This document shows positions 39,501 through 48,266 of a DNA stretch of 64,000 nucleotides, piece after piece. Position 1 is the stretch's first letter; every line of letters starts with the position of its first letter. The notes beneath the pieces are model-generated. The model did no database searches. It had not been told where the DNA came from and saw only the letters and a list, made by a program, of their open reading frames with translations. The translations under genes and the position numbers were made by a program. The DNA is taken from IMG/VR virus record IMGVR_UViG_3300023049_000005, positions 1 through 64,000 of that record. One strand, 5' to 3'.

Positions 39501-42500
39501 CACGATTAGCAGAAGGTGCTGATGGTAATAAAGTAAAAGGATTAATTAAGAATTTAAAAGTATATGATAATTGTGTTAGAGATTTGTTCCCTGAACAGTA
39601 TACAGGTAATGCAGTAGAAGTTAAGAAATTATACTTTTCTCAGTTTGATAAAACGACTGAGGTTGATAAGATAACAGCTAGTAACTATTTATATTCATAT
39701 ATAGATCTTAAGAGCTTACAGATAAATAATATTGAAGAAATAAATTTAGCTACATATCAATCAGAGGGGTTTCCTGTGAGATTATTTGAATCACAAGTAG
39801 TTAATAATGCACTTGTGAACTGTCAAAATACAGGATTATGTTCAAGATCTACTTTCTTAACTAATAATACTATAGACAGAATTCAATACGGACTTGGATT
39901 ATCGCTTAGTTTAACAGGTGATGATTATGTATATAATAATACATCATATAATTTATTAGAACCACTTACATTAACTAATGTTCAATTATTTGGAATCGAT
40001 GATCATGAAGTGGGTGGATTAAATAGTCCATACCACATAGGTTTTGATATTTCTAAAAATTTCTATTTTGAAGTGGATTCAGTAATAATAACAGAAGAAG
40101 ATCTATTAAATAGTGATATCACAAATGGTGCATATATTACCCAATCTGTTGAAATGTCAGCGACATCATCATTAGGTTCAGGATTAGCAGCAGATGTGTT
40201 TAATCAAATAGTGTTCACAGGTAGTTTAGCCACATATAGTGTACTTACTGATGTAACATTAAATGAGAATTCTAAATATTTATTGGAATTGGAAATAGAC
40301 GGTGATCTTGATTTCACATTCGGTACAAACTCATATTCAGTAACGGGATCTAATACATTTGTTAGTCAGATAGTAGAGGTAAACCAAGATAGTGATTTTA
40401 TTGTAATGAAAGCAAACTCTAACACTACTATTACTAACTTAGTTGTATCAGATCGAGTTCCAACTAAGTCATTCATTAAATGGGATACAGAAACATGTGA
40501 TCTAACATATAAATTAAGTGGTGTTAGTGTAGAAGAAGGATTCATTCAAAGTGATGGTGAAAGATTTTTACCACAGTGTGTGTTACAACAAGATTGTGAT
40601 ATAACAGTGGAGAGTATAGTGAATACTCAATATTGGGAAGACTATGATCCGAAATTACTTTTCTTAAACTATGATGTAGCCAATAAATTATATTTCTTTG
40701 ATTTAGAAACAGGAGAATACCAACTTCCACAAAACGCTCAGTTATTCGATGTAAGAGAATTAACAATAGAAAGCCTTAGTGGGGAAAAGTCTTGGTTAGA
40801 TTACGTAAGAGATACGACAAAAGAATTTTTATATGCTGCTGTGAAATCAACAGGCAATACAGTCCCTTGGTCAAATTCATTTATATTATGTGGTAATATT
40901 ACTTCATATACTTTAACATTAAATACTAATACTACAAACGATCTTTCGGAGATCAACGGTGTAGCATCAGGATTATTACCTAACTATGCAACGGGTAGTA
41001 CAATATCAATTGGTGTGCCACCTGTTTCAAAGGATGTTTATTTATATAAAAATGCTATGGTAATAAAAATACCAACAACGTTTGATATAGAAATAGGAGA
41101 TGTTATTAAGTTTACGAACAGTTTAATAGATATAAATTTAATTACAATCGATCTTTTAGATGATGGTGGGAATACATACGCATATTTCAAAACAGGATTC
41201 GATGATTACTTAATTAGTAGATTAGTAAGTTGGACAAAGACAACTACTATAACTAACTTAAACAGATTTAAAGACATAGATGAACTATTATTAAATTTTA
41301 ATCTCCATCCAATTAGTATAGGATATACTTTATCAGAAATAAATGGCGGTGTTGAACTATCACCTAAGTATAATTACCAAACAGCATACTATAATTTACA
41401 GTGTAATATCTCTGTTAGAAACAATGATTTAATTGTTACGGATACTCAAATGAGATATAGAGATAAAGTGACATTATTTGATTATTCTCCTAATTATAGC
41501 ATATTATCATATTTAACTAAAGATAGTCGATTTGATGCAAGTTTTAAATTAAGATCGTTGCCTGAATATAATTTCCCTAATAATAACAGTGGAGTATTAT
41601 ATACACTTTCAACAGGTGAGATATCATTCAATTCTAGCTTAAAAGCAGAGTGGGAATCTATTCCAATATACACTTTCATAGATCTAGTATATGATACTGC
41701 TTCAATAAGAAGTGTATTAATAATGAGTAAAAATTATGATGAAGTAACAGAAAGATATATTATTAAGACATATGATTATTATGATGATGTAATTCAACAA
41801 TCTGATTTAACAGGAGCTAATTTTAATTTAAGAGTAAGAAATACACTTGGTGAAATATCAGAAGATCTTAAAAAACTTGATAATATCCAAAGGGTTGAAT
41901 CTGATGAATATGATATTACGAATTTAAATGCTACTATTTTCAGTAGTTATAAAAACTTAAAATCAGATCTTAACTTCAAACCATATACAGATAGTTATGC
42001 GAAGGCATTCTTATCACAAAAAGAAATAAAAGAATATTTAAGTGGTATAGTTTATACCGACTTTAATAATAACTTAGCGATGAATATCATAAATCTAACT
42101 AAGGATGATTATTTCCCAATCACAGGTATTAGTAAGTATTATATAGATTGTGAAGATTGTGTTCACGATAATTTTATATCATTTGATGGATTTAATCAGT
42201 TCTCTTATTTTGGAGCAGCTACAAGTTCAACGAATCGTGTACCATTCGAAACATATGGGTTTAATAATCAAATTCAAGTTTTTGGGGCAACAGGTGCTAC
42301 ATTTGTAGATATACCATTAAACTATGCAACACAAAGTGGTACGTCATCAAGAATGATAGAATTCGATATACAAGAATTAGAAAACGCAACAATAGAATTA
42401 AGAAAAGGTGGAACAAGTTTAACAACAATTAGCCGTGTCCCAAATGAAATAACTAAAGTTCAATTTATATCAGATGATACAAGTGATCTATTATTTAGAA

Positions 42501-44653
42501 TAAATTATGATCCTGAAAATAGAACAGTTATAAATGATATAAGAGCAGGTGATATAGAATGTTTAGATAATTGTTATTTAACAACATTAAGAATACCTGA
42601 TCATGGATTACAAATCGGTGATGAATTTACAGTTAAGATAGAAGATGATATTTTTGAATTAGTTAATTTATATGAATCTGATTTTGCTTTCGCAACACAA
42701 AGTGGTTGGGTACAAAATGTGAATGGCGTAGAAACTGCTATCCCATTACTTAATGGACAGATAGATGACTATTCTGTAGTAAATAGTGTTGATAGTATCT
42801 ATTATGATCAACCAATTGGTGTTACTGTTGGAAGAACATATAGAATAAGTTTTGATTACAGTATGTTCGCATTTGGTGGCGGCACACCTAGTTTAGATGT
42901 AGCTTTCGGGGCAACACCTTCTCCTACATTTAATACAGTAATTAATGAATTAAGTGTAGCGAATAATCAAAGAGTAGAAACTAATTTTATTGCAACTACT
43001 TCTAGTATATACGTAGGATTCAATACAGAAAATCCTCAAATATTGACACTTCGTAATATAACAGTAGATGATATAACAAATAGGAGTAAGTATTATGATG
43101 GTAGACAAATAGCCTTTGATGTATTAAATGAAGATGTGATTGTAATTGATACAGATTATATTGGTGATGTAGTAGAAACATCAGCTACTTATACTGCGAT
43201 AAACCCCTGTGGTAAAAAAGTAATTAGAGAAAGAATAACTTCTCTTGTTGGTACAATAAGCGTATCAGAGTTCGATCCTTATTTGAATTATGAGCCAATA
43301 GATCTATATGATTTAGGTAATGATAATAAGATTAAGTACCCTACGGAGATAAACGATATTAATTGGAATATTAATGATGAAGTAGTTAATATAACAGGAA
43401 TTGATAATAACCCATATAGGTTTAGGTTAATTGATAATTTAACTTTTGATGAAATATTAGATAAATATCCTTGGTTATTAGAAGCTGAAATAAGAAATGC
43501 TGTTATTGGTAAAGATCAGAACGGATTAGTATGGTACAAAGGTACATGGGATTGTGGAAGATGGTTAGGTGGTACTTGGTATTCAGGTACATGGAAAACA
43601 GGAGTATGGTATAACGGTACTTGGTTTAATAGTAGAGTAACAACAGATAATAATAGTGCTACTATCGATGTGATAGATGCTTTCGGTGATTATAGTGTAT
43701 GGAAAGGTGGAACATGGTTCAACGGTACTAAGAAAGGTGGTCGTTGGGAATCAGGTGATTGGTTTGATGGTACTTGGGAAAAAGGCGATTGGTTAGGTGG
43801 CACTTGGAGAGGTGGTACATGGATAGACGGTAATTTCAAAAGAGGTAATTGGTTTGATGGTACATGGACAAAGGGTACATTCAATTCTGATTTTGGATTG
43901 AGTAGATGGTTTGATGGTAATTGGCTAAGAGGTGATTTTGAAAACGGTATATGGTTCAAAGGAAGATTCGAAAGTATCGGAGCGCAATCTACATTTGGTA
44001 ACAGAGCTACATTATCTAGAAAAGCTATTTGGGAAAATGGTTTTATGGTAGCAGGAACAGTTAATAGTGGAGATAATAGTAGACATGATCTTACGGTTTG
44101 GAAAACAGGTAGAGCTAATTTCCTATTATGGAATGGTGGTACAATGTTCCAAAACAATATAAACAATTGTGTATGGCAAGACGGTGTTGTTAAAGACATT
44201 GATATATTAGCTTTCTATGGGGATAATACAGGTGATTACTATTTTATAGTAGACGGAGAATATCGTTTCGAAGATGGTAATAACTTTTGGGTAATCAATA
44301 ATGACACATATAATCCTATATATGGCGCAGATACTACACCGAATAGATATACAGTTGATTTAGATTATCTAAGTTTAGATAACGGAAGGTTGACTAAGGT
44401 ATATGTTTCTAATCTACCTAGTGCTTTACTTGCTGTGATAAATAATAACGGAAGTTACGTAGAAGGGTTTTCTGATAATAATAATCCTGTTGATACAGAA
44501 GTAGATGGTACAATATTAACTAAATTAGTATCTGAGTTCTCTAAGACGAGTTGGTTTAATGGTAGAATCGAGAACTGTATATTTGATGATAGATTTATCA
44601 GAAGTGTGTATTGGGAAAACGGTTACTTCAAATCAGGTGATTTTGGATTTTAA
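36587..44653 (+). CDS. giant (2688 aa) virion structural/adhesion protein
   Basis: Tail-fibre-type VDLATT..IDG..RILVKD..ENGVY motif, propeller-like VGNNG repeats, LamG-like KWY..F.GTIDNVRLW, C-terminal GxW pentapeptide repeats. Confidence 0.75.
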   Translation: MWDYSSIEDNFKKRTGKLDKKTFNFLRQEIDSVRFYSKCLDGSSYVYSDDLNNIYDLQFRDYNTYKISSEYSTYYNGGDADGIAIDRQGNSDLGFYNRYKNDYGYTVKNLFSPKRLFNYTNYYNVDLATTQPIDFDLVDDKLTIDGEIVIIGQRILVKDNISTVTLDSSIDAETFLNTDVTVVQTIGGQITYQYSNNENGVYRYDGLQLIRENDLDTVDNVRNYSVYVKLGSSNITKSFHLNRLTNGAFPLITNNENISFTEKNDYVIRNSVDYRNVLDNNFATSLAQLETVFSFRGNTYDIPNRNITVGDFGLILNYQNNYMNIVKNRFKEDLKDIIELNNKYLIVGNNGTLLSMDKVYFDLSIIEIDSIEDLLSIDIRNGKGIIVGSNGSILTSINNNNWNELDNPIENNINAVQYFNLAKANYIGNNGVFGEVNVSGDQFKITEKELTIRPNLFDERIIRDDLHNINNVEIENQFFKYTGADWVDIPKDINSSFSFDFSFKPTDLEANDTQVLFSITPTPSATQSAVNIKGFKVFIEKENNDYRLRLSITDPNGNEVKLDGDISLSNDKWYKVFITRFKNEYEFFVNNRLGAETALGFDSNFDNFNDTIRLGAELTYDFNNSQYLTASYNNFIGTIDNVRLWDKRLDNQEVFSYGNYYSDDLPNLVTWYKFKVTKNASGDKIILTNDVVDNRSLSLPSNSNITFYNANTSATAMLEIELFKGTSIIGDNIIVFDLEDQSNYSDITTNTQFYITFDNESPKNLRYYSTDGYYYGVSDQRSFRIDSFKLDFNLLNYINDIEVELEPISNKGYDNLSINFNLQELLLIGSVENNEIDKIDLNNVCVIQPVDRLEGCTISSTVSIIDTTNSIDIENDYKDNVTDEVNVCSINYIKALGFPSSTQSVCTFYVPNGDGQPFDLYQEVYLVGEVEDQLNGYFEVSFNGVDFEEIRGNGEFIVPLGVGADSSLTFRTRLAEGADGNKVKGLIKNLKVYDNCVRDLFPEQYTGNAVEVKKLYFSQFDKTTEVDKITASNYLYSYIDLKSLQINNIEEINLATYQSEGFPVRLFESQVVNNALVNCQNTGLCSRSTFLTNNTIDRIQYGLGLSLSLTGDDYVYNNTSYNLLEPLTLTNVQLFGIDDHEVGGLNSPYHIGFDISKNFYFEVDSVIITEEDLLNSDITNGAYITQSVEMSATSSLGSGLAADVFNQIVFTGSLATYSVLTDVTLNENSKYLLELEIDGDLDFTFGTNSYSVTGSNTFVSQIVEVNQDSDFIVMKANSNTTITNLVVSDRVPTKSFIKWDTETCDLTYKLSGVSVEEGFIQSDGERFLPQCVLQQDCDITVESIVNTQYWEDYDPKLLFLNYDVANKLYFFDLETGEYQLPQNAQLFDVRELTIESLSGEKSWLDYVRDTTKEFLYAAVKSTGNTVPWSNSFILCGNITSYTLTLNTNTTNDLSEINGVASGLLPNYATGSTISIGVPPVSKDVYLYKNAMVIKIPTTFDIEIGDVIKFTNSLIDINLITIDLLDDGGNTYAYFKTGFDDYLISRLVSWTKTTTITNLNRFKDIDELLLNFNLHPISIGYTLSEINGGVELSPKYNYQTAYYNLQCNISVRNNDLIVTDTQMRYRDKVTLFDYSPNYSILSYLTKDSRFDASFKLRSLPEYNFPNNNSGVLYTLSTGEISFNSSLKAEWESIPIYTFIDLVYDTASIRSVLIMSKNYDEVTERYIIKTYDYYDDVIQQSDLTGANFNLRVRNTLGEISEDLKKLDNIQRVESDEYDITNLNATIFSSYKNLKSDLNFKPYTDSYAKAFLSQKEIKEYLSGIVYTDFNNNLAMNIINLTKDDYFPITGISKYYIDCEDCVHDNFISFDGFNQFSYFGAATSSTNRVPFETYGFNNQIQVFGATGATFVDIPLNYATQSGTSSRMIEFDIQELENATIELRKGGTSLTTISRVPNEITKVQFISDDTSDLLFRINYDPENRTVINDIRAGDIECLDNCYLTTLRIPDHGLQIGDEFTVKIEDDIFELVNLYESDFAFATQSGWVQNVNGVETAIPLLNGQIDDYSVVNSVDSIYYDQPIGVTVGRTYRISFDYSMFAFGGGTPSLDVAFGATPSPTFNTVINELSVANNQRVETNFIATTSSIYVGFNTENPQILTLRNITVDDITNRSKYYDGRQIAFDVLNEDVIVIDTDYIGDVVETSATYTAINPCGKKVIRERITSLVGTISVSEFDPYLNYEPIDLYDLGNDNKIKYPTEINDINWNINDEVVNITGIDNNPYRFRLIDNLTFDEILDKYPWLLEAEIRNAVIGKDQNGLVWYKGTWDCGRWLGGTWYSGTWKTGVWYNGTWFNSRVTTDNNSATIDVIDAFGDYSVWKGGTWFNGTKKGGRWESGDWFDGTWEKGDWLGGTWRGGTWIDGNFKRGNWFDGTWTKGTFNSDFGLSRWFDGNWLRGDFENGIWFKGRFESIGAQSTFGNRATLSRKAIWENGFMVAGTVNSGDNSRHDLTVWKTGRANFLLWNGGTMFQNNINNCVWQDGVVKDIDILAFYGDNTGDYYFIVDGEYRFEDGNNFWVINNDTYNPIYGADTTPNRYTVDLDYLSLDNGRLTKVYVSNLPSALLAVINNNGSYVEGFSDNNNPVDTEVDGTILTKLVSEFSKTSWFNGRIENCIFDDRFIRSVYWENGYFKSGDFGF
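43532..44180 (+). repeat. GxWxx pentapeptide repeat coding region (probable beta-helix)
   Basis: KGTWDCGRWLGGTWYSGTWKTGVWYNGTW and following repeats. Confidence 0.85.
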
Positions 44654-44663
44654 TATATATACT

Positions 44664-45044
44664 GTGATCAAAAGTTATAAAATATTCGAATCAGATAATA
44701 AGGAACGAAGACTTAATCAAGCTGCTATAAAAGGAGATTTAAAAGAAGTAAAGAAATTACTTAACGACTCTGATGTAGATATAGAGCATTATGATAATTC
44801 CGCACTTTGGTATGCAGTAGCATATAATCGTTTAGATGTAATAAAAGAATTATTAAAAGACCCTAGAATTGATCCTACTTATGATAAGAACCGTGCTATT
44901 AAATTAGCATCATCAAATGGTGATGATGAGATAGTATTATTGTTGTTACATGACAAAAGAGTACAAAAAAGTCTATCTAAAAAAAAATTAGCAGAGTTTG
45001 GTAAACTACTTACTGCTGATTTGATAGTAAATCTAAATAAGTAA
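44664..45044 (+). CDS. ankyrin repeat protein with capsid-targeting-like motif
   Basis: TAATATATA-N4-GTG; MIKSYKIFESDNK; LLKDPRIDPT; paralog of the 31486 gene. Confidence 0.8.
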   Translation: MIKSYKIFESDNKERRLNQAAIKGDLKEVKKLLNDSDVDIEHYDNSALWYAVAYNRLDVIKELLKDPRIDPTYDKNRAIKLASSNGDDEIVLLLLHDKRVQKSLSKKKLAEFGKLLTADLIVNLNK

Positions 45045-45060
45045 TTTAATATATAATATA

Positions 45061-45624
45061 ATGGATAAGTTTAGTAAATTAAAGAAGAAGAAAAAGAAAA
45101 AGGGTGATAAACTTTTATATGAAGGAGATTACCTGAAGGTTTATAAAAGAGATGATTGGGCATATATCAAAGAACCTGATAATGCTTGTGTAGTTCCTAT
45201 TTTATTAGATAGTGATGAATTCTTAGTAAGGATGGAAGTAATACCAAGTTTCCAATCGAGAGATGATCAAGATTATCACTTAACATGTATTAGCGGAACA
45301 ATCGAAGATGAAGAATCTCCTAAGATGTGTTTAGTTAGAGAACTAGAAGAAGAAGCGGGTATCCGTTTAAAAGATAATGTTAATATCGAATTCTTTGATG
45401 TTTTATATAAATCTAAAAGTCAGAGTTCTCAATTCCATTTATGTATATTACCATTATTATCTTATCAATTTGATGAAGTAGTAGCTAAAGGAGATGGATC
45501 TAATATAGAGAAGATGTCTAAAACAGTAGCAGTTTCTTATGATAATATAGATAGACTATTCCCATCTGATATAGTAACCTCATTACTTTTAGAGAAGGTT
45601 AAAGAACATTTTAAGAAGAAATAA
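45061..45624 (+). CDS. Nudix hydrolase (ADP-ribose pyrophosphatase-like)
   Basis: Nudix box GTIEDEESPKMCLVRELEEEAG. Confidence 0.85.
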   Translation: MDKFSKLKKKKKKKGDKLLYEGDYLKVYKRDDWAYIKEPDNACVVPILLDSDEFLVRMEVIPSFQSRDDQDYHLTCISGTIEDEESPKMCLVRELEEEAGIRLKDNVNIEFFDVLYKSKSQSSQFHLCILPLLSYQFDEVVAKGDGSNIEKMSKTVAVSYDNIDRLFPSDIVTSLLLEKVKEHFKKK

Positions 45625-45709
45625 ATAAACTTTCCTTTTAATATTTTATATACTTAAAACAAATTAGTACTTTTACATCAAGTTAAATTTTAATCTAAAA
45701 ACAATTTTT

Positions 45710-46423
45710 ATGAATAATGAAAAAAAATCAGGAAGTATCGTAGACCTTCCTTCTAATTCTATGACTCCTTATATATTAGAGGAAAGACAAATGAATGTTA
45801 CGCAGATGGATGTGTTCAGTCGTTTGTTACAAGACAGAATCATCTTTGTATCGGGTGTAGTTAATGAATATATGTGTAATGTAATCCAAGCACAGCTTCT
45901 TTTCTTAGAGTCTGCGGATGCATCGAGAGACATTACATTGTATATCAACAGCCCAGGCGGGAGTGTAATCCACGGTCTTGGTATCGTAGACGTAATGAAC
46001 TACATTAAGCCTGATGTAGCAACAATCAATGTTGGTATGTGTGCATCTATGGGATCTGTTCTATTATCAGCAGGAGCAGAAGGAAAAAGATCAACATTAG
46101 TTTCGGCTAAAGTGATGATCCACCAAGCAAGTAGTGGAACACAAGGTAATGTACAAGATCAGGCTATTTCTTTAAGAGAAACACACATGTATAATTACAT
46201 CTTACTTAAAACTTTAGCCAAGAACACAGGACAGACATTAGAGAACATGATTAAATTTTCTGAAAGGGATCTTTGGTTGGATTCTGATGAGTCCAAAGAA
46301 TTTGGTATAGTGGACGAAGTTATTATTCCTGATGGGTCAGAATCTATCTCTGAGCTTAAACAAGGTTTCAATGAGTATATGGAATCAGTTAACAGTAAGC
46401 ACGTATATAAAAATAATAAGTAA
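45710..46423 (+). CDS. clpP: ATP-dependent Clp protease proteolytic subunit
   Basis: DVFSRLLQDRIIF, YINSPGG, GMCASMG (catalytic Ser), MIHQ, ERD. Confidence 0.96.
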   Translation: MNNEKKSGSIVDLPSNSMTPYILEERQMNVTQMDVFSRLLQDRIIFVSGVVNEYMCNVIQAQLLFLESADASRDITLYINSPGGSVIHGLGIVDVMNYIKPDVATINVGMCASMGSVLLSAGAEGKRSTLVSAKVMIHQASSGTQGNVQDQAISLRETHMYNYILLKTLAKNTGQTLENMIKFSERDLWLDSDESKEFGIVDEVIIPDGSESISELKQGFNEYMESVNSKHVYKNNK

Positions 46424-46674
46424 TGAGTTCAAAACTATTAACCAAACAGTACTCGGTTATTAATACACCTATCACTAATGTGAATTTTGACGAACAAGAG
46501 ATCATTGATAACACTATGGTGTTAGAAACTGTGTTCGTTTGTGGAACAGTAGTAAAAACATTGAATGGTGGTAGGATAAAAGACAAGGAGATTGAGCATC
46601 TAAATGAAGATGATATTATCTCTGTTAATAATAGTCTATATAAAGTAGTGAATATTATAGAAGATTATAAGTAA
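46423..46674 (+). CDS. hypothetical protein
   Basis: Coupled to the clpP stop (TAATG). Confidence 0.6.
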   Translation: MSSKLLTKQYSVINTPITNVNFDEQEIIDNTMVLETVFVCGTVVKTLNGGRIKDKEIEHLNEDDIISVNNSLYKVVNIIEDYK

Positions 46675-47021
46675 TTTTCTATTTCAAATGGGAGGTTAGT
46701 TTTATCGAAAGTAACAGGTTTACTTAACATAAAGTTAGCTTCCCATAATTCACTTAAGCCTAATGTTTTCTTTTCTATTTTCTTCTCGTTTTGAGAAGTA
46801 ACTAAAGGTCTGATTGCAGTAACTACGTAATTACCATTAGTCGTTTCTTTATCGAAGTATAATTTTAAGACATCCCCTTTCTTAATATCAACATCTATTT
46901 CAATATCAGATCCTGCGAAAATATCTAATTTATAATTCTCTGTGAATTTAACTATCTCATATTTTCTAAACACAGTAGTATTAGATTCTAAGAATAATTT
47001 ATAATTTTTAATGTTCTTCAT
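46665..47021 (-). CDS. hypothetical protein with capsid-targeting-like motif
   Basis: Starts MKNIKNYKLFLES; TTATATATA-N4-ATG. Confidence 0.75.
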   Translation of the reverse strand: MKNIKNYKLFLESNTTVFRKYEIVKFTENYKLDIFAGSDIEIDVDIKKGDVLKLYFDKETTNGNYVVTAIRPLVTSQNEKKIEKKTLGLSELWEANFMLSKPVTFDKTNLPFEIENYL

Positions 47022-47095
47022 ATCCTATATATAAAAAAAAAGAATAGTATATTTGTATCTATGGGATATGATTATCACAAAGAAAATATTAGCAG

Positions 47096-47440
47096 ATGAA
47101 AAGATATAGTTTAGATTTACAGGTATGTGAGTTAATTGAAAAGAATATAGAGTTTATTCAATATGAAGAATTCATTTCTTGTTACTCTATTGAAAATAAT
47201 GGAGTTTCTGTTAAAATATATAAAAGAAACCTATCGGACTTATTAATATCTGTATATGTTATAGACAGCATTTATTATAAAGAGTATAAACTTAGTGAGC
47301 AGATTTCTTCTAAAATAAGAAGAATAATAACGAGTTACGAAGATAATAATGATTCTAAATTAGAAAATGATCTAGAGTCTATTAAAAATTTACTTAATAC
47401 GTTTAATGAAGATACAAAGCTACAAAAATCGGAAGATTAA
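47096..47440 (+). CDS. hypothetical protein
   Basis: 114 aa downstream of TATATTTG (47048-47055). Confidence 0.55.
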   Translation: MKRYSLDLQVCELIEKNIEFIQYEEFISCYSIENNGVSVKIYKRNLSDLLISVYVIDSIYYKEYKLSEQISSKIRRIITSYEDNNDSKLENDLESIKNLLNTFNEDTKLQKSED

Positions 47441-47780
47441 TCATAATAAACCTGTACAAGTATATAGGTGTTTGAATCGAAAGGGGTTTGTTTTTTCTAT
47501 AAAACAAGGATCTCATGTTGTTGCACACACTTCAGAATTAACACTAAATAATGTGTCTTTTCATGTGGGTCAAGCAGGCAGAGAACGCTGTTTAAAAGAA
47601 AAACAAAGAAATGTACATGCTTGGGTAATTGGAACTATTAATGGTTCTATTATCGAATGTGATAATACTATTTATTATAACCCATATAAAACAAATAGTT
47701 TCATATCAACTAAAGATGGATCTAAGATAGATCACACCGATTTCCTGACTATAAAGGATAATACTATTTCTATCAAATAA
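47406..47780 (+). CDS. conserved phage hypothetical protein
   Basis: VYRCLN..FSIK, AGRER..EKQRNVHAWV.G, YNPY. Confidence 0.7.
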   Translation: MKIQSYKNRKINHNKPVQVYRCLNRKGFVFSIKQGSHVVAHTSELTLNNVSFHVGQAGRERCLKEKQRNVHAWVIGTINGSIIECDNTIYYNPYKTNSFISTKDGSKIDHTDFLTIKDNTISIK

Positions 47781-47810
47781 AAAAGAGAGTATTTCTACTC
47801 CCTTTCTTTT
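47781..47810. terminator. probable bidirectional terminator between convergent genes
   Basis: GAGTA-TTTC-TACTC stem flanked by A and T tracts. Confidence 0.5.
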
Positions 47811-48166
47811 TAATTTAAAGCTTCGTTTATATTTGCTTCTCTGTGATCGATGATTAAATTATTTGTCCTCATTATATTTACCATAGTATGTGGAGATAAT
47901 ATCTCACTGTTTTGAATAAAGTACTCTTTGATTTCTTTATTTTCAATACCAAAAACATTATTATCATATTTTGATAAATATTCTGATATCATTTCACGCA
48001 TATCATATGAATTTGCTTCTCTCTTAATAACACTTAAATAAAAATCTCTTTCTTCTTCTGTTAACTTAAAGATAGCATCAAAATCAATTTGATATCTTAA
48101 CGATTGTTTAGGCATTGTATCTATCTCTTCGATATCGTGACCTTTTGTAGTTTCTACTTTTTCCAT
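47810..48166 (-). CDS. hypothetical protein with C-terminal RExxIN tag
   Basis: Ends REANINEALN. Confidence 0.7.
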   Translation of the reverse strand: MEKVETTKGHDIEEIDTMPKQSLRYQIDFDAIFKLTEEERDFYLSVIKREANSYDMREMISEYLSKYDNNVFGIENKEIKEYFIQNSEILSPHTMVNIMRTNNLIIDHREANINEALN

Positions 48167-48218
48167 AATAATCTTTTTGTTTATTATATCAAAAAATAAA
48201 CAAAAAGTTTAAGCATAA

Positions 48219-48247
48219 AAAAAGAGGAACATTACATTCCTCTTTTT
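48219..48247 (-). terminator. intrinsic terminator after dnaK
   Basis: AAAAAGAGGAA-CATTACA-TTCCTCTTTTT. Confidence 0.75.
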
Positions 48248-48266
48248 AAAAATAAATATTAAATGA

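Noticed and set aside
44559-44663. N-terminal extension of the ankyrin ORF overlapping the giant gene
   Set aside because: The late box, GTG at 44664 and the paralog alignment define the true start
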